This document shows, piece after piece, positions 53,619 to 64,000 of a stretch of DNA of 64,000 bases (the first letter of the stretch is position 1; each line of letters begins with the position of its first letter). This DNA is from Mizuhopecten yessoensis. Lineage: Eukaryota. The stretch spans positions 62,001 to 126,000 of the forward strand of contig NW_018403833.1 of the NCBI RefSeq assembly GCF_002113885.1. The letters are read 5' to 3'. The position numbers were made by a program, and so were the translations under genes. A model generated the notes under the pieces. It made no database searches and had not been told where the DNA came from. It worked only from the letters and a program-made list of their open reading frames with translations.

Positions 53619-53932
53619 TCAAAAGAGTTTCACACAGTGTACACGTGATTGGTCAGTACTCACCGTTTCTGCGGAACTGTTTACGCCGTCAGCGGGGGTA
53701 GGCGGGCTGTAGGAAGGAGGGGGCGTGGCAAACATGACGTAGGGCGGTGGGGGACTGTCTCGGTCGATGTCAGATGGCGCTCGCATCGGGTAGATAAAAT
53801 TAGACCGAGGCTGTCTTCTACCGGAACCCAGCGGTCGAGAGAAGCATGCGCAAGTACTGTTTGACTGTGAGTGCGCACTGTTGACGCGATTCCTCCAACT
53901 TGACACTTCGCGTGGCTTTTCGTAGTAGTCCA
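53619..53932 (-). CDS. SPEC3/stum-family paralog 1, exon 3 (tail with PPPY and PPSY)
   Basis: CTAACAG acceptor, phase 1. Translates LDYYEKPREV...DSPPPPYVMFATPPPSYSPP...; stop at 53619. A strong GTGAGT at 53663-53658 could be an alternative donor, so the 3' end is uncertain. Confidence 0.75.
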
Positions 53933-54334
53933 CTGTTAGTAACACAAAAATACCAAATTGTTAAACCAAAAAGGTTGAAAAAGAAGGTCAGGTTTTGTAG
54001 CTTTCCAACAGATTTATTCCCATAAGATTATTATGATAGAATGGTTGATTCGTGTGACTTTTAATGAATGATCTATCAAGAAACGTAGGAACAAATCACG
54101 TATACGGGAGTACATTTGGACCTACTCTGATGAAGAAGGAGTATTAGTGAAAATTATATGGGTTTACATCAAACACTACGACCCTCCCGACTTCCCAACA
54201 TAGCTTTCATGATTAACATACCCATATTACATTTACAGTATGTATTTCACATACACTAATTGATTGTCACATACTATACTTAGGACTACTGTCGTTTATG
54301 CTTATTGTTATACAAAATTATTGTTGTATGTACG

Positions 54335-55035
54335 TTTGTCACATACACTTAATGTCACATACATTCAATGTCACATACACTTAATGTCACATACACTGAA
54401 TGTCACAAACACTCAATGTCACATACACTTAATGTCACATACACTGAATGTCACATACACTTAATGTGACATACACTTAATGTCACATACATTCAATGTC
54501 ACATACATTCAATGTCACATACACTTTAAGTCACAAACACTTAATGTCACATACACTTAATGTCACATACCCTCAATGTCACATACACTTTAAGTCACAA
54601 ACACTTAAAGTCACATACACTTAATGTCACAAACACTTGGTGTCACATATATTCAAAGTCACATACACTTAATGTTACAAACACTTAGTGTCACATACAC
54701 TCAATGTCACATACACTTTAAGTCACAAACACTTAATGTCACATACACTTTATGTCACAAACACTTAATGTCACATACACTCAATGTCACATACACTTTA
54801 AGGCACAAACACTTAATGTCACATACACTATATGTCACAAATACTTGGTGTCACATATATTCAAAGTCACATACAATTAATGTTACAAACACTTAGTGTC
54901 ACATACATTCAATGTTACAAACACTTAGTGTCACATACATTCAATGTCGCAAACACTTAATGTCTCATACATTTAATGTCACATACACTTAATGTCACAA
55001 ACACTTTAGGTCACTTACACTTATTGTCACATAAA
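54335..55035. repeat. Intronic minisatellite, 16-bp unit TGTCACATACACTTAA, ~43 copies
   Basis: TGTC occurs at 54481, 54497 and 54513, and so on. Confidence 0.95.
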
Positions 55036-55171
55036 CTTTGCTTGTTTTCACAATCATGTGTCATCGTCCCACGTCATTTGGCATATTCAGGTCATGTGAT
55101 AATTGATGACCATTACTGATCCAACAAATTGTTTAAACTACAGCTTCTGAACAAATGATTGTCTAACTTAC

Positions 55172-55357
55172 ATGATGTGCCAACGAGGGATAACCCCCAG
55201 ATGGCGCTCCAAACCCAACCGACTAGGAAACAGGCCGTAAGAAGAAGCTGTAGAAACCCCACACCGACTACGGCTGCGCCAGAAGACAACTTCCGGCGCC
55301 GTGACATCTCTTCGGCATCCCCACAGCAGGGCATACACATTCCCGCCACCATGGTCC
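55172..55357 (-). CDS. SPEC3/stum-family paralog 1, exon 2
   Basis: 186 bp, phase 1/1. GTMVAGMCMPCCG...VGFLQLLLTACFLVGWVWSAIWG; GTAAGT donor. Confidence 0.87.
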
Positions 55358-55494
55358 CTAGAAGACACAGATATATCTTGATACCCGAGTATACTGTACA
55401 TATGGCGCGTTACATGGTGCAAAATTTAAGATTATTTTGCATATCATTTTATTTCTGTTTAAAATATATATATATTTAAATGCGAAAGTTTCAT

Positions 55495-56555
55495 TTATAT
55501 ATGTTAAAAGAACATCTGTATTACAATATAAACAATTGATATATACATCAAAAGTACATCTGTATTCCAATATAAACAATTAATATATACATTAAAAGTA
55601 CATCTGTGTTACAATATATACAATTAATATATACATTAAAAGTACATCTGTATTACAATATAAACAATTAATATATACATTAAAAGTACATCTGTATTCC
55701 AATATATACAATTAATATATACATTAAAAGTACATCTGTATTCCAATATATACAATTAATATATACATTAAAAGTACATCTGTATTCCAATATATACAAT
55801 TAATATATACATTAAAAGTACATCTGTATTCCAATATATACAATTAATATATACATTAAAAGTACATCTGTATTCCAATATATACAATTAATATATACAT
55901 TAAAAGTACATCTGTATTCCAATATATACAATTAATATATACATTAAAAGTACATCTGTATTCCAATATATACAATTAATATATACATTAAAAGTACATC
56001 TGTATTCCAATATATACAATTAATATATACATTAAAAGTACATCTGTATTCCAATATATACAATTAATATATACATTAAAAGTACATCTGTATTCCAATA
56101 TATACAATTAATATATACATTAAAAGTACATCTGTATTCCAATATATACAATTAATATATACATTAAAAGTACATCTGTATTCCAATATATACAATTAAT
56201 ATATACATTAAAAGTACATCCGTATTACAATGTATACAATAAATATATACATTAAAAGTACATCTGTATTACAATATATACAATTAATATATACATTAAA
56301 AGTACATCTGTATTCCAATATATACAATTAATATATACATTAAAAGCACATCTGTATTCCAATATATACAATTAATATATACATTAAAAGTACATCTGTA
56401 TTCCAATATATACAATTAATATATACATTAAAAGTACATCCGTATTACAATGTATACAATAAATATATACATTAAAAGTACATCTGTATTACAATATATA
56501 CAATTAATATATACATTAAAAGTACATCTGTATTCCAATATATATAATTAATAAC
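55495..56555. repeat. Intronic AT-rich minisatellite, 44-bp unit TATATACATTAAAAGTACATCTGTATTCCAATATATACAATTAA, ~24 highly homogeneous copies
   Basis: Period 44 (55681, 55725...). Confidence 0.95.
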
Positions 56556-57384
56556 ATTAAAGGGGCTGGTCAGGAAAAGAACATTTAAGCAGAGACCGAA
56601 TTCTGAGCAAGGGTGTACAAAGCATGTTGTCCAAATTTATGAAAATATATTTAGATAAAATGTGTTTGAAATGACTATATATAAAAAATCAAAAAAAAAA
56701 TCTGATGGAAACTGGTATTTGAAACGTTTTTAAATACCAATATTGTATGTGTGTGAGGGAACTGTCTAAGTAGTATCACTCGTTGTCCAATTCTATTTTA
56801 CATTTCTACAATAAGATAGACATTTAAACACAAACTTTAAGATAGAATCTTGCTTGGTTTTAATACCGTCTGGATCGTATATTGTCCTTGTTTTGTATAA
56901 GAAACACAGGAAAATCATTCCTTTATAGAGAATATTGCAGTGAGTGTAAATAGCTCGTGACACGCAATGTGTCTATAATCGATCTGTATTGCCAGTAAGA
57001 TCAGAGAAACACCACGAACGGGTATTTAAGTCAACCGGGGCAAATTCATGCAAAATCTGTAAATTGTACAAATTGTTAGTCGTTTATAGAACCACATTTC
57101 TTGACGATTTACAACGGTATAATTACTTTAGAGATATAATTGTTGTTTTAGTGTTATATTCAGAGCAGGTTTACTTTTCATATGCACACGAAAAAGTATT
57201 CGAGCTCTGTGTCACCAGATAAAAAAAAATAAGCCTGCGTTTAAAAGAATAAAGAAAACAACAGTTCATTTTTGTCTGTCAACACACTGACCATGTAATC
57301 TCTATATTAAGAATGGAACACACGTATTTGAAGATACTGGTAGCTTGCGTCCTATGCGAACAAATGCTACATGTATGTTGTACA

Positions 57385-58082
57385 TACGGGTCCCTGTGCT
57401 CATAACACTACACAGTTATGTTCTAATGATTACTATATATACGGGTCCCTGTGCTCGTAACACTATATACACTTATGTTATATAATGATGACAATATACG
57501 GTTCCCTCTGCTCATAACACTATACAGTTATGTTGTAATTATGGCTATACACGGATCCCTGTGCTCGTAACACTTTACAGCTATGTTGTAATTATGGCTA
57601 TACACGGGTCCCTGTGCTCGTTACTGTTATGTTGTAATGATGACTATATATACGGGTCCCTGTGCTCATAACACTATACAGTTATGTTGTAAAGATGACT
57701 ATATATACGGATCCCTGTGCTCGTAACACTATACAGTTATTTTGTAATTATGGCTATACACGGGTCCTTGTGCTCGTTACTGTTATGTTATATAATGATG
57801 TCTATACACGGGTCCCTGTGCTCGTAACACTATATAGTTATGTTGTAATTATGGCTATAAACGGGTCCTTGTGCTCGTTACTGTTATGTTGTAATGATGA
57901 CTATATACACGGGTCCCTGTGCTCGTAACACTATACAGTTATGTTGTAATTATGGCTATAAACGGGTCCCTGTGCTCGTAACACTATACAGTTATGTTGT
58001 AAAGATGACTATGTACAGGTCCCTGTGCTTGTTACACTAAACAATTATGTTGTAATGATGACTATTTTACGGGTCCCTGTGT
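57385..58082. repeat. Intronic minisatellite, variable ~45-58-bp unit starting ACGGGTCCCTGTGCTCGTAAC
   Basis: About 13 copies of GGGTCCCTGTGCTC. Confidence 0.9.
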
Positions 58083-58287
58083 AAACTCAGTTTTCTGCTG
58101 CAGGCATCTTCTGGCCACCGTGCATTTATCTAAATAAGTATTTATCTGACATTTATAATACCGGTACACTTTGTTGGGAGTATTAACTATTTATAAATAA
58201 ATATCGATACATTTGATCGATACGGCATTTACAGTTTTAATATACATAGGTATAACAGATTAACTTTGTACTTAGTTTGAGACCTAC

Positions 58288-58963
58288 CTAGTCCTGGTAC
58301 TGCGAAGTTCATCAGACAGCACGCGATTGCCATGGGGATGGGAAGTATGGGTACGATGTATTCATCGATGACCACTTCTGGTTGCTGCTCGTCCTCCCCA
58401 GAGGGTGGGGCTGTCAACATAGCCATATCTCTCCGTGTCAGTCGCCGGCATGTATCAGATCCCTGTCGTGTGCTCTGTAGACAAGGAGGCTGTCCATGAT
58501 GACCGTTATTGCAACTATGTAGTGCTTGTAAGGGAACCGGATTTGACGTAGGCGGTTCCGTATGTACAGGAACATGAGGTGGCGCTGGTTGCTCTGCCTG
58601 GCCACATTCCACGGGACTTTCGGACCGCACTAGCTGTTCTAAGTCCACACGTCTCTGATTTCTAGGTACAAGTCGATTTTGTTCACTTCCCGCCAATTCT
58701 TGCTGTTCGTTTTCCGCCAATTGAGGCTGCATTTGGTGTCTCTGCAGCTGTGTCTGGGATAAACGGTTGTCAGGTTCGACCTGTTCATCACAATCGTCTC
58801 TGATCAGGCACGGATCACTTAGTCGTAATCCCCCTACCTGTGAATCTTCCACCTGTCCAAACGGTCCGAGGGATTGTAGGGACTGATACGCTCTCTCCTC
58901 CTCGTGCGCCGGAGATCGCTGCGGATACTGAGCATGATGAGGTTGCCAGGGGTTTCCCGCCAT
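58288..58963 (-). CDS. SPEC3/stum-family paralog 1, exon 1 with a long low-complexity N-terminus (model 58963-58288, 55357-55172, 53932-53619; ~391 aa)
   Basis: 225-codon open frame ending IVPILPIPMAIACCLMNFAVPGLG, followed by a GTAGGT donor, phase 1. Confidence 0.83.
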
Positions 58964-61667
58964 TAATTATGAATAGAATACTGCAAATCCCATAGCAGAC
59001 CTTGCCGAATAGATCTATCTGTACAGCTACATACAAATCAATCGCTACACATACACCGCCATATCGGTTGTCTAAGTACGATATCACTGGTCGGCTCGCG
59101 TGGAACAGCCTGTTAAATACTTAAACAAACAATCTATAGTGGACAAATATCATTTTTTGTCCGTAAAATTAGTTATCCATATCCGGAAATGGAATAACAG
59201 TTGATGTATAAAGTTTACGTAATGTACTATAGAATATCCGAAAGGAGAACAATCCACGAAGAACAACAGATTATAGGATTATATACTATATGTGAGGTGA
59301 AAACAAGGCCATTACATTGTACATACATCGAGCGAGACTGATTACAAACTGTGTACACAGGTATTATAACTCCGACATGTCACGCTCTAGGGAAGAATTG
59401 TTATCAAAATACGTCTAGTGTTCAATCAGGGTCGGATTTTAAATTTGAGTAAAGTTTAAATCCCCATACATACCAGTCAATACACAAGGGGCTAGTGTGC
59501 TTACAGAAACATTTACGTAGTAAAAAAACCTCGAAATGTCAATTTCGTTGTTTATTTGTAAAGTCAGTATCGTTGTTAATTTCAATATATATGTAGATTA
59601 CAGTCAAACTGAAGCCTGCAATTTTTTACTAATTTTTTTTTTTTTAAAAGTAATCGTATATAATTTTATATTGCTTTTCGTAACGTAACTATAATTGGTT
59701 ATAAAGACGTAAGCTAACAGAGGTTCTACGGGTAATTATACCTGTAGTACACAGGTGTTAAATATCGCTGGAATGTTCTAGTTATAGAGTTAAGTTACCG
59801 ACTGAGTGTAATACGACACCATTGTCTTGTCAAGTACAATGACACAAGACTTGTTAGTCCAACTTATATCTATATTTACATCATTTCAATGAATATGTCA
59901 AACTCGTTTCAGTTGGTTTAAACTACAATGTAACGGTCGTTTTAAATTCATTCATTTTTTATAGCCCCTAAATTTTGAAAACAAAAGGTCTCGATTGAGT
60001 TGAACCAGGGGTGTATTACACCCTGACAGCACCGTGGCTTGAAAGGGCTAAATGTCAAAGTTATACGTGTGTACACGCGAATCGTTCTATAAACATATAG
60101 GCACATGCATATATCAGTTTAAAAGAAATTTATATACTTAGGCATTAGTGTACATAATTAAACTAAATAAAACAGAAAAGCCAATAAGAAACAACTAGCA
60201 CAGACCATAAAAGTCTTACAACTGAAATTAAGAACGATTTAAGATTCAGTATTTAGTGAGGAGGCGGGGCGGGGCAGTTGAAAAAGACGAAGAAATGTTC
60301 TATTTCCATTTCCGTCCTTTCTTATCATTCCATTTCCTCTTTTAATAAATTGTTTCGCTTGTGAGAAAGATTTAATGTTTTTTACTTTTCTCTTCTCACA
60401 TGTTCAAAATATTGGAAGATAACTAGGATACTATCTTACATAATAAAAGGAGGAGGAGGAGGAGGAGATGTGTCAAAGACTTTTTGTGCAATTTATCTGG
60501 AATATGTAGCTGACTGTGTTGACAAATCTTTAGTTAGAGACGTTTAAGATATTTGTCATAGAGTCATTTGACTCATACAGTGCACGCTGATTTTTTTAAT
60601 AGTTAACAATACTTTCATCATAATATCATTTCGGTTTTACTATAGAATTGTACCGTATCGGTATTTCTAATATCTAAAAAAAAAAAAAGCGACGGGTGTG
60701 TATGCGCCTCGGATGTTTGAATCTATCGTTTTACATCAAAACTACATGCACAGCCTTATCTTACTCGTGTGCTATCTCACAACTGTTTTTCTTCTTCTTC
60801 TAAATGCCACAAGGATGACAACAATAGAACGCATTCACACGAAATTCAACTCAATAGACGATGATGTGTCTACCGAAACATACGAGTTATTTCCCGTTGA
60901 ACGATCAGCATACGTTTTATCATTTTATTGACGGTGTTGAAAATTAATTAAACCGCCTTTGAAATAGATCATTGTTAACGGTACCTACAAGAATCACATT
61001 TTTATCACCAATCGAATGATAAATGGGAAATTTGTACAGGATAAGGTCTCGCACTGTATCATGTAAAGGTGTGTACGTAACGTTTTGTCTTATTTCTTGG
61101 TCTAAATCTTTCTATTGTCAAATTATAGAGAGGTAACATATTTTTGTATGTTGTAGTCGGAAGTTTGGTATACAGTATAGCTATCAGCGTTACGGGGTTG
61201 TAACTGCGAGATTCTGAGACAAAAGGGGTAGTAGAGATTATTGTGAATTTTGCATTTTCTCCTAGATATTCTTCTCTTACCCAATTTCGGAGTACATAGA
61301 TTCTCTACTCCTATAAAAGGTAACGTTTCCAGTTGGTAGTCATAGTGAAAATGGGTTTTTTGAACGACGCAGTCGCAGATGATGTCTATTTTCTATTCTG
61401 TCCCAAAATCTTGCCACCGAGATATTACAACGCTGCGCATGTAATACATGTAGCAAGAAGCAGGGGGAGTGTTTAAGCTTTTTGTTGATATCGATTGCAC
61501 TGATCATTGATTTAAGGGAAACAACTCTTGTTAGAGACTTGAATGGTACAAGAAATAAACGTTCAATTGTCGCGTCTTACATTTATGACAGGAATGCAGA
61601 TTCCTAGCATTTATGACAGTTGCATCAAATGAGCTTATCAACATAATTATATACAAATGATTACACG

Positions 61668-61951
61668 TTTTAGACCTCATCTCTAGGAAACAGAAACTTT
61701 CCATATCCCTCGTTTTACACATTTATGATTGTTGCGATATAAAATAAAACACTTATGTACGAACTGTTGAAAAAAACTTAATGATTGTTGTTACCACGGA
61801 CTCAAATATAATTCGTGGTAACAACAATCATTAAGTTTTTTTCAACAGTTCGTACACCGTACATAAGTGTTATATTTTATATCGCAACAATCATAAACGT
61901 GTAAGACGAGGGATATGGAAAGTTTCTGTTTCCTAGAGAGGAGGTCTAAAA
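61668..61951. repeat. Long fold-back element (~130-bp arms, short loop)
   Basis: TTTTAGACCTCATCTCTAGGAAACAGAAACTTTCCATATCCCTCG...TACCACG / CGTGGTA...CGAGGGATATGGAAAGTTTCTGTTTCCTAGAGAGGAGGTCTAAAA. Confidence 0.9.
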
Positions 61952-62104
61952 AGCAATATTCCGACCACAATAATACGGATTGATTGACAAAAACCACTGT
62001 ATAAACCTTTTCTCACAATATGAGATTATTCTTACAATACAGACTGCACAGATTTATATACAAATATGTATACATAACGTTCTAAAATGCCAACAAATTG
62101 AAAG

Positions 62105-62130
62105 GAATATCAGAACACCGACTATCTCTA

Positions 62131-62169
<39 letters not shown>

Positions 62170-62295
62170 ATCAGAACATCGATTCTCTCTCTCTCTCTCT
62201 CTCTCTCTCTAGAAATATCAGAACATCGATTATCTCTATCCCCCTCTCTTTCTCTCCCTCTCTCTTCTTCTTCTTCTTCTCTCTCGCCCTTTCTC
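62105..62295. repeat. Compound (CT)n microsatellite with a repeated AATATCAGAACA spacer
   Basis: Three AATATCAGAACA units, each followed by CT runs. Confidence 0.8.
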
Positions 62296-62300
62296 AGTAT

Positions 62301-63141
62301 CTAAAGAGACATGTTTCTCAACGGCGTATCAACTTGGCTAGGTATGGACAGATTTTTCAGACTTTTTAAATCCGTTATTGCTCTGAACCCCACTGTTCTG
62401 TACAATTTCACACAGTTCCTGTCAATCTGTTGTACACGACTGAATTGTATGGTGAACCTCCACAGAGAAGATGCAAGCTTGGCATTAGTCTTCTTAACGC
62501 ACCAGTAACAGTCGTCCCGCACATTTTTGTGTAACGTTATCGATTTTACATGTTGAAGTATTTGTGTCGTAAATTTTAAGTTTAAAAAATTAAACATTAT
62601 TTGAGTCTTCTGTATAGGATCGTTTGAGAAACTCTCATATTGAAGAGTTCTGATGTTTTGGGGGTATTGTTTATGTAACCGGCTGGCTAATATGATATCT
62701 GACAGCATTTGGTTACAATGTAAAGATGCTTTGGATTCTATCGACGACCACCCTTTCTCATCAATCTTAAGTTCGGACAACAATTTCCCTCTCGGATCCC
62801 GGAGTAAGTGTATAACTTTAAGTCCTGGCAGCCATTTTAATAACAACTCCACTGACGTCATCTCTAAGCGAATAGTCTTGATGATTAAAACTTTCCTGGT
62901 TCTGCAAGGTTTTTGAAGAAGTGCCAAACAACCATTTATGGAGGTTGTACGTTGCTTAATTGTTGGAACCTTGGCCCTTTCAATTCCACTACTGACACAT
63001 CTATAGTAGTTTTCGTAAGCATTGGAGTAGGTCAGCATTATGCTCGTAAGATCTTGTACATTGATTTTCTGAAAATCACAGGTGAACCAGCGATAGAGCA
63101 TATCCGCCATTACAAAGTGGACGTCGGTTTTGTCATACAAT
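62301..63141 (-). CDS. Carbohydrate (Gal/GlcNAc-6-O) sulfotransferase, CHST1/CHST3-like, terminal exon
   Basis: IIKTIRL, the 3'-phosphate-binding motif LKVIHLLRDPRGKLLS, LQYESFSNDP and C-terminal WR...IDRNC. TTTACAG acceptor, phase 2. Confidence 0.85.
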
Positions 63142-63288
63142 CTGTAAATTGAAGGAATGTAGTTACAGACTGAAGTTTATCTTTTTTGCACTTCTTTTAA
63201 AATTGTTGTCAATGAAGTTCAAAGAATCGCTTGAAAATAACTAACTGAAAAAAGAGACGGTAACATTGAAAAAGCGATACCCACTAAC

Positions 63289-63460
63289 CTTTTTGTTCCG
63301 TTGAGAAAGGTAACACTGCTTGCGTTCTTGACATCTTCTTCAATATATCTTAGTGGTTCAAATGCGTATGTACTGTTGTCATAGTGTTGTAATATGTCTC
63401 CAATAAGGGTGGATCCACTGCGCATGTACGTTACGACTAGGACATGGGTGGGATCTGTAC
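63289..63460 (-). CDS. Carbohydrate sulfotransferase, internal exon with the PAPS 5'-PSB loop; upstream exons lie beyond the window
   Basis: HVLVVTYMRSGSTLIGDILQ...YAFEPL; TTTTTAG acceptor and GTTAGT donor; joins 63141 in frame (AG+A = Arg). Confidence 0.85.
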
Positions 63461-63479
63461 CTAAAAATATACCACTTTA

Positions 63480-64000
63480 ATACAAAGTATCAAACTACAT
63501 TTGTTACTATAGTAACAGATATACAAAGTATCAATATTCACCTGTTACTATAGCAACACATCATAATATACAAAGTATCAATCTACATCTGTTACTATAG
63601 TAACACATGTAGATTGATACTTTGTATATGTGTTACTATAGTAACAGATATACAAAGTATCAATCTATATCTGTTACTATAGCTATTAATTATAGGTACA
63701 CATGTACAAAGTATCGGTATACAATGTACATAGTAACATACGTACATTGTATTCCGATACTTTGTACATGTGTACCTATAATTAATAGCTATAGTGACAG
63801 ATGTAGATTGATACTATGTATATGTGTTACTATAGTAACAGATATACAAAGTATCAATATTCGCCTGTTCCTATAGCAACACATCATAATATACAAAGTA
63901 TCAAACTACATTTGTTACTATAGTAACAAATATACAAAGTATCAATATTCACCTGTTACTATAGCAACACATCATAATACACAAAGTATCAATCTACATA
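63480..64000. repeat. Intronic ~42-46-bp minisatellite (TACAAAGTATCAAT...TGTTACTATAGTAACA) with internal inversions
   Basis: The unit recurs in both orientations and continues to the window edge. Confidence 0.85.

Noticed and set aside
62301-63460. Idea of a sulfur-metabolism cluster linking the DUF442 genes with the sulfotransferase
   Set aside because: PAPS-dependent sulfation and sulfane-sulfur transfer are different chemistries, the genes are ~27 kb apart, and CHST-like genes are numerous in invertebrates. Adjacency alone is not evidence.

Overview
This is AT-rich, intron-containing animal genomic DNA. It is probably from a bivalve mollusc, inferred from V-type and Meta-type tRNA-derived SINEs. 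Nothing prokaryotic is supported. I reconstructed the coding content by hand from GT-AG boundaries and reading phase. (1) A small family of secretory-pathway proteins, each with two tandem DUF442/Blh-type (PTP-fold, Cys-loop sulfurtransferase/phosphatase-like) domains. On the + strand, two intact paralogous large first exons (7355-8441 and 17102-18191) appear to share one exon 2 (19676-19789) and one exon 3 (21519-21694), which ends in KDEL. On the - strand, a complete three-exon paralog (34910-32554) has a signal peptide but no KDEL. (2) Three - strand SPEC3/stum-family membrane-protein paralogs (29201-24860, 40968-38525, 58963-53619) with the same exon phases and unrelated C-terminal tails that all keep PPxY motifs; one also has PSAP. 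(3) The 3' part of a Gal/GlcNAc-6-O carbohydrate sulfotransferase gene (63460-62301). The rest is SINEs, LINE fragments, palindromic MITE-like elements, many minisatellites (one born inside an RTE LINE reading frame), a Penelope-type minimal hammerhead motif and a 138-nt assembly gap. The best candidate for a new system is the tandem-DUF442 family, with its variable-first-exon/constant-exon architecture and an ER-retained versus secreted split.
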